Shown piece after piece: positions 28,501-39,332 of a stretch of DNA of 64,000 nucleotides. The stretch is from Phoronis australis (lineage: Eukaryota > Animalia > Phoronida), in assembly GCA_002633005.1 (NCBI GenBank), contig NMRA01000129.1:624570-688569 (forward strand), read 5' to 3'. Position 1 is the stretch's first letter; every line of letters begins with the position of its first letter. Under the pieces are notes generated by a model, which was given only the letters and a program-made list of their open reading frames with translations, ran no database searches and had not been told where the DNA came from. Made by a program: the position numbers and the translations under genes.

Positions 28501-31500
28501 CATATTGTAACGTAAAAACTCATAATAACAATGTCTTTATCATTTCTTTTGTGGCTGTAAATTACCAAATCAAATGTATTAGCTTTAATAGAGATGCAAA
28601 ACAGCATTCATTAAAGGTTGAAGTATCACATACAGCAATGGTATAATGTAAACATCTGAAGCCCATTTAAATGACTTGAAACAACAGGAGTTACCGAAAA
28701 TAAGTACAATGTCTCAGTCTCAATCAGTGGAAGAAAAAATGACCAGAGCCTGAGACCACCAAACTTTACTTGAGAGCTGATTCCGAAACTGATCAATCAC
28801 ATCACACAAAGTTTAAAAGTTTACGGTTGGTCAATTTTAGAGTAATCTCAAATGAAATTGAATGGTCTTGGACCCAGGGCGGCGTCATGCTAAAGGCTAG
28901 ATTGAAAATAATCGAGGCAAGCCAATCAAACCTTGATAATTTCTGTGAACTGGGCAATAGCATTGTGCAATTTCCCCACATTCAGCAGCACTGTGCCTAG
29001 AGCTGTAACAAAGAGAAGACACCAGAATGTTACAAGTAGAATCAAAATGGCTTATAATCCCCTAAGCCATTACAACCAGAACAACTGAACTACTTCAACT
29101 TTTCTGATCCATTACCAGAAAAATACATGCTTTTGAACAATATCTTGAAATAAATAATTGCAGATAATCATTGAACAGACAAGTTTAATCAACAAAATCA
29201 ATACAATTGAAGTTAAAGTAACTATGAATTGCCATCTTGTTCCCCAAAATGCTAAATTTGAGTTCTAGGCCATATTGTTATCTACTGTCCATATCTATAT
29301 TCATCAAATCAATATCAAAAATTAATTGCAGTCGGGATAATTGAGTTGAACACTTGTTAAATAATGAGATTTATGGCACTCTGACATAAATCCTATTATT
29401 TGGGCAAATACCATTATGGAGCCCTTCATGCTTCATATCCAACTGCTGGTTAGTTCCTACCAAGTCCGACGGTTGCGCTGTTTGTTCTTTCTCTCCAGCT
29501 TCCTGTTGGCCCAGCCTCAAGCAACAGTACATTCACTCGTAAGTTTTCCTAATTAGACAAGTTTATAACTAGTAGACTCCTTCCCGTTCGTCGTTAATTG
29601 TCCTGGACAAACGATACTTCCCTTATTTATTATTTGTAGCCACAGATGGCTTTTCTAACGGCCGATTTCTTTCGATTTTAATGATCCCTCAAACCCAAGC
29701 CAATTCCTCGCCATTTCACCACTTCCCTGGGTATAAGTGGGATATCGTGTGACAATCGCCGTCTGCTTTGGGGATGAGACCCGGCGGCGAGGTACAAAGG
29801 TTATCAACGGGGCTGGTAGGACAGGGGCTAGTCAACGCGTAGCCCCTCGGTTGGCCGGTTGGGGGCTAGAATACTTCTCCTCGCTTTCTGTACCATTTCG
29901 TCTGGCCAAATCCGGCCACTGATTTTGAGTTTAACCTCGTCAAAAATACATTCCACACTTAAAACTATCACTTAAAAAGCGGTTCATTTCTTCATGGATC
30001 CATTTATTTTACTTCTATACATATCTTCGATGAAGCTTAGTTATGAGATTGGGGTGATTTTGCCGAAGAATTTCAACTCCACTTTTTTGGTTCCCGTTGA
30101 CTTTTTCACCGCGCGCGCCATAACCGAAAGTATGTCCACTGAGTCACGCGCGTTAGGCAAAGGCTAGCGCGTGACAGAGGGAAGCGCGTGACGATAGTGC
30201 GTGACACTAGCTATTTTAAGCCTTGAACAAGGAGTGAAGCACAGTTGGGGTCTGGATACCCATGTAGAACGAGCTTGAATGCCAGCGGTTTGACAAGTGT
30301 GTGACCTCGGCTCCAGACGTACTTATGGTTTGGGTACATGGCGGATACTGGAATTACATAACACTAGAGTTGGTACTATTCCAACAGGACTGGAGGTATT
30401 ATGGATGTAAACAGATGGGATTTACAATGGTTAAGACCTAGATGGGAATCTATCCCATATCGCCCTGAAGCCTGGTGCGGTAAAGCTCGAAAGTGCCGCG
30501 TCTAACACATGGAAGTGTCCTCATATAGCGCGCAACCACTTTGGTGGGTAAAATAATAGTAATGAAATTTAGGTACTAAGTAAAACAAAACAATAATAAA
30601 AAGTAATAATAAAAAAACAAAAAGTAATAATAATAAAAAATAATAACAAAAATAATAATAAAAAAGTCAAAAATAATTATAATAATAAATAATAATAATA
30701 ATAAAAAAAAAAAACCTTTGGATGTCACTGTTGACATTTTATTCGACTTTCCATGAAAGATACGGAGATACTGTACTCACCCTTGGAAATGTTGTTTGTT
30801 AGGCCTTTTCAAGTACTTCGTCACCGGCCCTAACCCTACCATGTTTATCTACGCTTTTGATCGGCATACTTCCTTCTGAACAACACTTAAAAAAGATGTA
30901 TACTTTACAGACGCACGAAAAAAAATCAATAAAAAAAAATTAAAAACCAACATGTAATACAACTAATAAACAAACTAAAACGTACACTAAAACTTTCCTA
31001 CAAATTAAATAAATAATAATTGAAAAATAAACTAATAAAATAAAAGTAACAACAAAATGCGTTAAACATTTTAAAACACTCGTGTCAATTGCTATCACAT
31101 AATACTTCACATTTCGTTCTCTCGGCATAATTTACACCTATTCCAACCGCGCTTAAGTTACGGTAATGCGTCAACTTTTCTTTTCGCCTAGCATCGTGGT
31201 CGGGTATTTCCCACCAAGACGATTTTCGAATAGTCGGCTACTGTAGTGGCAGATAGGCGGACGTTACGATCGATGAGATCACGTCTCACATGCCTGCTAA
31301 GTTGTCCACTGCCCAGGCGCGTATAGCTTAGTCGTACGAAATCTGCGCTCGAGTGCCTCCAGAGCGAGGGCATGACCGGCTCTAGCTGTTTCTTTTAATT
31401 TTACGATTTTCGTATATACTAGTTCATTTCGGTGTAATTAGGTCTAAGCCAGTCACTCTAACAGTTGTCCTTATCCGCGGAAGTAGGGTCGTTTTCATCT

Positions 31501-34500
31501 GCAACCCAGGATCCACTACACCCGGGCTATTAGTAGGCCTAAACAGTATCCATGTCACTGCGCCCAGTTTTTGAAAACGCGTCACTCACACTAGTGGGTT
31601 ACATCTGCCCGTTAGGCGTATAAATCATATCAGATTACCGGTAATGTCTGACATATTTTAACACAAGATTTTTAATTTACGATTTCAAAATCTTGTAACC
31701 TTTCATTTTGTTAACCTATATTGCACGCAACTGTGCCTAACCTAGTTCCTAAAATTTTGTCACCAAAGCACACTGGGATCACACTAGCCCAAATTCAGTT
31801 GCAGCGCTCATTGACCCAGATTTCATGGTAATGGGCCAGCCTGTGGTTTCACTCTTATGTAATTACATAATAACCTGTTGCATAGTGCTGATGACCTCGT
31901 GCCAGCAATGGAACTTTCTAGACTAAATTTTCATGATACCAGAACCCTAGGCTTAATTGCATTTCCTAACTAGTTGTGACCATCTTTTCCTTACATCGAC
32001 AGCTTAAATGATATTTGTCCTTTTGAGTAGCTCTAGGATATTCGTTGAACACAATGATAGGGTGCTAGGCCTTTACTGCCAATCATATTTTGTAGACCAA
32101 GTTGCTTCCTGATTTGTGTGCTTGATGTTGTCTATTTTATACGACTCGGGGTATCATTATTCCTGAGAGCCTGTTGCTCTCTCCTCTCTCGTATAGTTGT
32201 GTTGTGTAGGATTTTTATAGATATTTCATTTTTCTTAGACATATAGTAGACATGCAAGTTTCCGTATGAAGGTCTGTCTGTGGCCGATAGCTTGATACAT
32301 GGTTTTAATTAATGATTTTTATCAATCGGTCAGTTTTCAACTTTAAAGCATCAGCAAATAAATAGGACTGTTTGAATAATGATTTTAGATCTGTTCATAA
32401 TATTTATATGAAACGACATCTCCCATGCTGATGGTCTTTTACCTTTCCTGCACCATTACTTCTTTTCTAACTTATACAAAAAAATAAAAACAAATCAAAC
32501 TATTTAAAAAAACTAAATAACAAATATAAAAACTAAATAAAAATATAAATTTAAAAAAGTAAAATAATATTAAAAAATAAATAAATAAAATATTTCAAAA
32601 TTTACATAAAATATTTAAAAAACACACAAATGAAAATATGAGAAATAAAAAATAAAAACAAATCAAACTATTTAAAAAATAACAAACATAAAAACTAAAT
32701 AAAAAATATATATTTAAAAAAGTAAAATAATATTAAAAAATAAATAAAAAAATATTCTAAAATTTACATAAAATATTAAAAAAAAAATACAAATGAAAAT
32801 ATAAAAAAAAAACTAAATAAAAATGTTTTATAAAAAGAAATCTACAATCTTTCTGTTCTCAGTACAATTTTGCAGCGAGTTTCCCTAATAGCACATGCTT
32901 CCGTGTGAGGTCACTCCCCAGCCATTGTCACAACGCTTACCTCTTCTGGTACGCAAGTTAATTGTTCCACCGCAATACCAACACCTTCGCACATAGGAAC
33001 CTGAATGTCAGTTCTCTTGGGCTGCCCTACCCTAGCTCATACACGTACATGATGCATTAGATTCGTAATAATTGGGGTACTAAAGTGTGCCCTAAACTGG
33101 CTGAATTTCGCTAGGATTTGCCGCGATATGAGTGAGGGTTAGTTGACCTTTGGGGGCGGCTTGGACCCGGGGAAAGCCCGGCCGGGAGTGTAGGGTGGTC
33201 CTGTCCCATGCGATGCTCGGGTGGGAACCACCGCAGGTCCTCCAGGTAGGTTTGTGCTTGCACCGTTATGTGGTGCAATTTCCCTTGTAGCTAAGGCATA
33301 GCAGTGTCTGCTAGGTGAGTGTGGTATGGGGTCAGTAGAGGTGCCTGTAATGTGCAGCAATCGCAACTTTCTCTCGGCGACCAGGGTGTGGCTGGGCTTC
33401 GAGCTTAGGGGGAGCGGTACTGTTCACCGTGAGGTATCCAATCTGTCCTCGTGTGCCGTGCCCCAAGTCTAACATCGTGCCTGCATCCCGGAGGGCGGGG
33501 GGGGGGGGCAGCTTCCATGAATATGGAGTCAAATCCGGGGCTGGTATTAGTCCTTTTCTCATTGCTTGTGACTACCTTTTTCTCCCATCCCCTGTCACTC
33601 CCCTACCAGGGTCACGGCCCCCACGTGAGTTGTGGCGGTGGACAGGATTGTTCATCCATGAACAACCCTGCCCATGTGGCACATACTGAGCCACAACACC
33701 ACGTTTCTTACAATATCTCTTTTTATCACTCCGGCTGGTCTGCTCACTCAGCTTGTCCGGAACCTGCTTTGCAGGTTGTTATAGCCCAGTTGGCTGTTTG
33801 GTGTACCCACTTGGTACTTTATATGATATTTGCCCATTTGGCAGTTTGTACCCACTTGGTACTTGTTATTGAATTTGCCGCTTTGCTCGACCCAGTTGGT
33901 AGGCAATCGGCCAATACCCATTTGGTATTATGTACCCATTTGGTACTATGCTAACCTGTGCCACTTAGTATCCGATACTCAGTTACACTTTGGGTATCGG
34001 AAATGTGTGTTATCTCTTGTAATTAAGGAACCCATCTGGTTCCTTCTGTGAAATATTTATTTGTAGAGCTGTGACCCTGAAATCCCCAATACAACTTAAA
34101 TATTTATTATTCTTGTTGTTTTATTTGTCCCCAATAAGTGTAGGTAATACGTAAACCAAGAAAAATCTAATAATTTGACTTACTCTGGAAGATCACATTT
34201 CAGAATAGCTGATCAGATTCAAATGATATTTGTTTTATTCTCAGTCTGATCTCCAAAACACTGCCAGTTGCTGTTAAAACACTTTTTGAATAAAGTGTAA
34301 GTAGCACAAAACAAAAATGAAACAAGAACTGTCCCACAAATGGTATGCTTCTATGAGTGCTGGCGTAATTAATAAAAATGACCCATAGGTATCACAGAAT
34401 ATGTCTAATACATTCAAAAATAAATAGGTGTAGTAGACGTCTTAACATAAATCAAATAGCCAAATTTAACGAAAAATCTGTAAAGGAACTCTGAAGAAAC

Positions 34501-37500
34501 AGATGTAAACATAATCGCCACCTGGGGCCAGAATGGTAGTCAGATTCACCAGACATCGTTAGAAAATCACTTTTCTCGCCAATAATGTCCCCTTAAGACA
34601 ACCCAGTAAGAAAACATTCTTACCCAACTTGGAATCTACCATTGAATTACCAGTAGCCAAGGGAACAAGACCCATCTTGACAATTTCAGCAGCATATTTC
34701 TGGAAAACATAAAATTTCAGTGAAGTTCAAACAACAGTCAATGTCGTCTATTCTAAAAAGACTGTGCATCATTTGGAGAAGATGCAGGATATTTATTTCA
34801 TGATACCCGTATCCACACTTCATTTGAAATGTTGTTTCCAATTCTGTGGGAACCTTGGGCGTGTGATTATTCTCAACCAAACGTGAACCCTGGGCTTTAA
34901 CTGCACTCTTGAGTATTGGGTGACAATTAATATCGATATAAAATACTAAAATGAGGTTATCAGTAACGGTAAAAAGGTATTAAAAAGACAATAAACTGGT
35001 GAAACATGTATTAAAAAGAGTCAGACATACTCGTACTCTACTGCTAAACCATTTGCCACAGAAGTCTAAAGGATAACACCTCTAGCTGCTTTTAATACAC
35101 ATTTTACCAAGTCATGGTCTTTTTAATAAATTTTTACTAGTTTAAAAACTTCTAAGTCATGATTAGCTCTACCTTTATCATAGTATCTGAACAGGACTCC
35201 GAGTTTTCTTCATCACATAGAAATACATTCATGCATAGCCCTGTGGGTAAGTCCTTTTGGTCTAGAAAAGAGAACGTTGTGATCACATCAACAAATCACA
35301 CATTACTCTTTAGTCATAATAGACAATGTAAAAAGAGCAAAACCATTCATTGACATTTCAGTTGAGTATCACAACTTGGGTAATGACAAGACGTGCATTT
35401 CAACATCAAATGAATGACGACTGGTGTTCATTTCTCGACCTTTTGAACCAATCAAGATGACAAGTTTGTCCGTAAATGGAAATTAAAACTATAAGAAAAA
35501 TTTGCATCAATGAAAAGCCAACGTGTGTGAAAATCAACTGATTCTAAGTCTTATCTCTCATACAAATCTGTCTCCATAATGCGCAACCACTCAGTTCAGA
35601 TAATATAGCTAACTTGTTAAGCAAAGTAATCACACATCACTATCCAGGATTCTAACATCATTGAAACAGTAAAATACACTTAGGTATTCAAAAGACAGCC
35701 TATAGAACAACGAGGAATGCTGGTTATTTTGTGGCTGATCAGAAGTCATTTTCTGACGTCTCCAATGCGCACGTTCGTCAGGACATGCACATCACAAGCA
35801 CGCTTACATCAACTATAAATAGCAACACTAGTTGAAGCAGAGTGCTTCAGGAAGACACTAATTGGGTACAAGGAAATGGGTAAACCTTTTCAGAGGCCTT
35901 CAAATTTCTTTCTGTTCCTCCTAATCATCAAGTAAATGTACAGCAGCACATGAATGTGATTTGATTAATTAAAAAGTGGTCTCAAAATCAGTCGAATTAC
36001 AGATCAGAGCCAAACATGTCTTTGTGATCTCATCATGTCAGATCGAACTGTGGTCAGCTCATCATGATTGTGAATGACCATCACACACCTCTCCTTGTTG
36101 GCATGTACTCTGCATCTAGTGATGTAGTTTTTAATTGATGTAAGCACTCACTGGCCAGTAATGTTATGAGCAGCCTGGTTGACGTGAACGGAAAAAGTAT
36201 GCCGAGATGCTTTATTGTGAATGCTGGTGATTGAATTAAGAAAATTTGAAAGTACTAATGCTATTCATTGATGCCGACGTCAAGAAATGTAATTAGTGAA
36301 CGTGTCACAGTTTTTTTAATATGTGACAAAAATTACTCCTACAGTGACATGCTTTGACTTGTTACAGAAGAACCTGGTAGGCGACCACACTGGGTAGCAG
36401 TTGTACACGTTTCTTTGTTATAGTACTAGTATCGGCACTAGTCGGTCTAAATGAATGATTTCGGTATCGTTGCATTCCTCAGACATCTGGCTATCCGTAC
36501 AAATCCTTTTCACGACCCTCAATTACTCTAGTCTATAACTACGCTGTTCCGAACTCGGTCCACTTTAGCCACGCACATCGTGAAATCGGCAGCCATTTCA
36601 GGGAACTTACTGTATCTAGCGATATCTATCGGCGATTTGCAACAACACACGCTGTTCTTTTTTCACCAGTCAACGTTGATTTCGTCAATAATTAACGACA
36701 TTCGTTATTAATCATCGTACGTCTGCTCTCGTCATCACCTTCGTCGTCTCTCTCACGATCGTATCTGTCATCATCATGTTATCGTCGCCCATGTTGACTG
36801 ATGAAAAAGGATTCTGTCAGAAGACGTCACTCATATTGACAAGGTGCTTACAGACGTGCACCAAACATTGCAGGAAGGTGGGACTTTCTCAGCAAGTTTT
36901 GAGGGATCCCCGAGGGTCCAATAAGCCTGTAAATTTCCATTTCATCCCCACAAAAGGGGGTGGAACAAAAAAAAACTACCCTGCAAAAGGAGATGAGGCA
37001 GAAAAATCTACCCACAAAAGAGGTTGGAACTTAGCAAACCTGGCACCCACAATAGGGGTTCTCTTAGAAATGTTTGGTACATGCTTGGGGGCACCTTGTC
37101 AATAAGAGCGACCCCTCCGCGCATAGCCATAAGACATGATATGATGATTGTACAATCTATCTGCCAACACAGCAGTGACTGATCGTGTCACTGTTACACT
37201 GGAGATAACTCAATGATTGCTTGATTCTCAATACTTAAACTATGGCAAGTCGAAAAATGCTAACTTTCAGAGCATCCTTCATATAATTCGGCAAACTTCA
37301 GTTTCACGGTGTTGGCAGTTACGTCTGAAAATGAAAACGAATTCTCCGAATCCGAGTTGTCCCCTCTCCCCGTCGTAACTTTGGAGCACGAGTGTTCCGC
37401 ATCGTATGGTTCAAGTTTCGTCATAATAAACATTTGTCGAGAACCATCAGTTTGTAAGAGTTCCACTCCACTCGTTGCACCATTAGATTTCGAACACTGT

Positions 37501-37556
37501 TGTCCAAAAGCACCATATTTTATGATCAAAGCAACAAGAGCAAACACCCGCACCAT
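7449..37556 (-). CDS. TTC13: Tetratricopeptide repeat protein 13 (TTC13), multi-exon gene span
   Basis: Exons joined at GT-AG sites with consistent phases give a protein colinear with vertebrate TTC13 as I recall it (GRALAYVRRGLH, EYSRYLHAHLD, EQPGLQP, LAMGLAA, NLMPLSRG, GKELQGKIPLGK, RSILEVLN). Confidence 0.93.
8356..8602. repeat. 61-bp minisatellite running into the N gap
   Basis: acaccgtatgccagatgtccagacaggagtgatgtcaatctgtacccacataattagatgc, at least 4 copies. Confidence 0.95.
8603..9120. other. Assembly gap (N run)
   Basis: Run of n. Confidence 1.
9121..9870. repeat. 37-bp minisatellite (~20 copies)
   Basis: ccacgttcata(t/a)gaaaga(g/a)tgaacttgtcatc(c/t)gtt(a/g) head-to-tail with no spacers. 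Confidence 0.97.
9871..11052 (+). mobile_element. Helentron/HINE-like element, copy 2
   Basis: Same internal units as 5719-7099; 3' hairpin atgcacccac...gtgggcgcat followed by aaaaa. Confidence 0.7.
12199..12277 (-). CDS. TTC13: TTC13 exon (SVAYATVVGLFLAMGKELQGKIPLGK)
   Basis: AG/GTGAGT sites, phase 2->0, strong TTC13 match. Confidence 0.9.
13721..13800 (-). CDS. TTC13: TTC13 exon (EFEVIQNVILNILYMFLNLMPLSRGN)
   Basis: AG/GTAAGT sites, phase 0->2, NLMPLSRG motif. Confidence 0.9.
14378..14805. mobile_element. TTAA-flanked MITE (Kolobok-like)
   Basis: ttaaagttatgtaggacc ... ggccctacacaaccttaa terminal inverted repeats with TTAA at both ends. Confidence 0.65.
14894..15029 (-). CDS. TTC13: TTC13 exon (SEQINLILTTSSTQTRTRSYSKELDFLFSKL...)
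   Basis: AG/GTAGGT sites, phase 2->0. Confidence 0.82.
15177..15740 (-). pseudogene. Degenerate THAP zinc-finger remnant, probably from a DNA transposon
   Basis: Minus-strand MSEKWSQESYPCCVPDSFNNSKRDKEFSCY*F...(frameshift)...SRHEVCSAHF fits the THAP pattern C-x-V-P...W...VCSxHF, with a stop and frameshifts. Confidence 0.6.
15989..16095 (-). CDS. TTC13: TTC13 exon (KRKMNQQGFMVTTQVPSINDNKKRLEGTTIMLTEP)
   Basis: AG/GTAAGT sites, phase 0->2, matches GFTVNTKVPS. Confidence 0.88.
16493..16574 (-). CDS. TTC13: TTC13 exon (DGSLNYEGIKTDLEGARTCQDLINIAR)
   Basis: AG/GTAATG sites, phase 2->0 bridges both neighbours. Confidence 0.8.
16992..17075 (-). CDS. TTC13: TTC13 exon (GQATNFKLNVYYDLVFKLLKTMLEHYK)
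   Basis: AG/GTAAGC sites, phase 2->2. Confidence 0.85.
17247..17435. repeat. 24/28-bp minisatellite
   Basis: gtcatggtgact(gttt)ggaaggtatatt, about 7 copies. Confidence 0.93.
17658..17814 (-). CDS. TTC13: TTC13 exon (NKSWKNISWKDMFSVAVGYRRLVDPEHVCLWLD...)
   Basis: AG/GTATGC sites, phase 1->2, matches WRDMFDIAVKWRRIADP. Confidence 0.9.
17990..18058. repeat. 11-bp tandem repeat (gggttggtgca)n
   Basis: About 6 direct copies. Confidence 0.92.
18672..18874 (-). CDS. TTC13: TTC13 exon (DVTRAVDVSVDLKTLVCKAEQLG...MPNRRLNLAMGLAAIHVAQA...)
   Basis: AG/GTGAGG sites, phase 2->1. Confidence 0.9.
19331..19490. repeat. 17-bp tandem repeat abutting a TTC13 splice donor
   Basis: (acacttggctcaacaca)n, about 9 copies. 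Confidence 0.95.
19493..19533 (-). CDS. TTC13: TTC13 41-nt exon (NSYREQPGLQPSI)
   Basis: AG/GTAAGT sites, phase 0->2, EQPGLQP motif. Confidence 0.88.
21231..21349 (-). CDS. TTC13: TTC13 exon (EYSRYLHAHLDLPVKSLNVDNDLKGEFIESWAKGERFMFT)
   Basis: AG/GTAAGC sites, phase 1->0. Confidence 0.92.
21837..21909 (-). CDS. TTC13: TTC13 exon (LIVNGNDLPIIQATSEFVSAQYLK)
   Basis: AG/GTTTGT sites, phase 0->1. Confidence 0.85.
22150..23249 (+). mobile_element. Helentron/HINE-like element, copy 3 (more diverged)
   Basis: Same unit backbone (ccactagRgggcacagc...aaatttcatgacgatcc...gagata); 3' end gcggggcataaa; left boundary approximate. Confidence 0.62.
24103..24207 (-). CDS. TTC13: TTC13 exon (VCLSLEPNNHVCRYMEGLSYTAMGQFYPGIKAFTK)
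   Basis: AG/GTAAAG sites, phase 0->0. Confidence 0.92.
24631..24772 (-). CDS. TTC13: TTC13 TPR exon (ELGDLKKARELFNKSLTIDP...)
   Basis: AG/GTGAGC sites, phase 2->0. Confidence 0.9.
25481..25563 (-). CDS. TTC13: TTC13 TPR exon (NAIEVFQDVLNLNPNNVEALFSISQSY)
   Basis: AG/GTAAGT sites, phase 0->2. Confidence 0.88.
27657..27887 (-). CDS. TTC13: TTC13 TPR exon (VLLPLGQYEEATRDLEKAL...LGLSLMYRGKIR)
   Basis: AG/GTATAT sites, phase 0->0, TPR consensus. Confidence 0.9.
27893..28060. repeat. Imperfect (AAT/AAC)n microsatellite
   Basis: aacaataataacaataacaat... Confidence 0.95.
28208..28366 (-). CDS. TTC13: TTC13 TPR exon (DYPNTLAAYHGRALAYVRRGLHTGNNAQLAL...ERRAE)
   Basis: AG/GTAAGT sites, phase 0->0. 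Confidence 0.92.
28932..29002 (-). CDS. TTC13: TTC13 exon (ALGTVLLNVGKLHNAIAQFTEIIK)
   Basis: AG/GTTTGA sites, phase 1->0, matches AIAYVLIGSGLYDEAIRHFSTMLQ. Confidence 0.85.
29400..34050. mobile_element. Compositionally distinct ~4.6-kb insertion in a TTC13 intron, probably a large non-autonomous element
   Basis: Alternating CpG-rich and extremely A-rich blocks, short internal repeats, terminal hairpin aaggaacc-catct-ggttcctt; no protein recognised; boundaries approximate. Confidence 0.4.
34320..34560 (+). mobile_element. 5' fragment of the Helentron/HINE-like family
   Basis: aacaagaa...cacaaatggtatgcttcta matches the copy-1 start (gcaaatggtgtgcttcta). Confidence 0.55.
34624..34699 (-). CDS. 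TTC13: TTC13 exon (KYAAEIVKMGLVPLATGNSMVDSKL)
   Basis: AG/GTAAGA sites, phase 0->1, resembles FPFATDNDSTNEEL. Confidence 0.78.
35173..35240 (-). CDS. TTC13: Probable TTC13 exon 2 (LCMNVFLCDEENSESCSDTMIK)
   Basis: cacAG/GTAGAG sites, phase 1->0 bridges exons 1 and 3; weak homology. Confidence 0.55.
36820..37118. mobile_element. ~300-bp MITE with ~28-bp terminal inverted repeats
   Basis: gaagacgtcactcatattgacaaggtgc ... gcaccttgtcaataagagcgacccctcc. Confidence 0.7.
37265..37556 (-). CDS. TTC13: Probable TTC13 first coding exon with signal-peptide-like N-terminus
   Basis: ATG then MVRVFALVALIIKYGAFG hydrophobic leader; phase-1 donor A|GTTAGC is weak but in phase with the next exon. Confidence 0.6.
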
Positions 37557-39332
37557 GTTTCGCTGGACAGGAAATACAACTCCCCTCTTAGAAACTTTCC
37601 TTCAAAGAGTAGCGACATCTCCTGGGAGAAAACGCAGGCGTATAACAAAAATATATTGGGTAACAGGGTCCTTGCTACGTCCTTGCTACACCCAGGCTTT
37701 GTAGGTTCAATAGCAAAATCGGCTTCAGGTTATTTGGCCAACAACAACCGGAATGAGTGAGATTTTACCTTACAACTTTAGTGTCAGTGTCGGGATTTCT
37801 CTTGAACGCTTACTTCAATGTTTGTCTGCCTTAGGCATCTTTCTTTGAGTCATTTTTGACAATTACTTCGCTATTATCATTTGCTTTAAGTTTCGTACTA
37901 ATCATTGTCCTTGCTCTGCTTATAAAGGAAATAACAATGCACTCATTATCAAGGTTTGTCTTTATTTCAAAACGCACCTGGGACGATGAAAACTGTTTTC
38001 TTCAGTGCATACGTAGTAGAGTGTTAGTGTGTTACATTACGAAAACGGCCGTTTGGTTTCAGCTCCAGACCGACAGCGGTTTCTAAACCGAGGCAAGTCG
38101 TCCAGAGTGTCAATCTAGTATGGAATGCCAAAGCATAAAAATTCCAGGACACATGTTTTCTATTTACAAGCCAAAATATTAGTTTTACTCTGCAGGACCA
38201 AAAATAAATACCTCAAAACCAAAATTTTCTCAGGTGTAAGAATTAAAAACAGTCCAAAACATCATATTCACTCAACAAGACCAAAAGCAAAAACAAGACC
38301 AAAACTTATCACGTCAAGACCGACTCAGTCCATTGCATTGTTAAGCTTCTCCGTGGTCTTTTGTCTAGCATCACTATTCGCAGGTCTTTATCTACAACCG
38401 TTCAAAGAGTTATTTAAACCATTTTTCAACGGGTACCAGACAACCAAAACCTAACGTGTCATTCTATTTTCACTAATTTTTATCATATTTCGTCGGGTCA
38501 AAATGATCCTAACTTAACTTAACTTACCTTTAAACGAGAAATGTATTTTCAGACGCCAAACAGTTCCAAAATCACCAGTACTGGTCATCGATATCAACTT
38601 CTCCAATATAGGATACAATATTGCCGACAAATGAAATTATATTTCATCCATGAAATTATATTTCACCATTTTTTAAAATTGTGGGGGTTACAACAATAAT
38701 ATAATGTCAATTTTGATAATTATTTTGCCCGAAATTGGTGAGATTTTATTACCAAGTATTTTACTCAGCCCGAATTTGGCTCATAATTTCCCAGTTCTAT
38801 CTGAGACATTTATAATAACAATTCAAAAATTCAAATATGAATGTAACTATATCTAATCTGTTATGCTGACTTAAAAAATGTGGCAAACTGCCAGGAAAAT
38901 GTCAAAATATTAATTTCAGTCCAATATGTTGTTATATAGATTGTAGCAATTATCAATTTCGTGTCACTGAACATGTTCCTCAGATTATTTTAGTTTTCTC
39001 CGGCAAGCCATGGCAACCAAAATTACTGAACGATGACTTATTCATTTGCTATCACAACTCTCACTGATGATTAAACCCTTTATATCGTGTAGTTTGGAAT
39101 AGTGCTACAAAACATAATCGACTTCTTGAAGTTCTTAGCCTTGACCAGAGCTATAAAACACCAAAACCCGTGAGTTTTTGTAATTTTATTACAAATCGTC
39201 AATTCTCACCGTTTCGTGACTGAAATTTGCTGAAATAAACGCCGGTGGATTTACCAGTTAAGATACTTTTCCTTTTTGTCGAATGAGATTTAGCTTCGCC
39301 GCGGTGATTCCAGATGCGATTTCCATGTCCCT

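Noticed and set aside
33139-33954. GC-rich overlapping ORFs as a nested gene
   Set aside because: No recognisable domain or coherent splice structure; lies within a probable repeat insert
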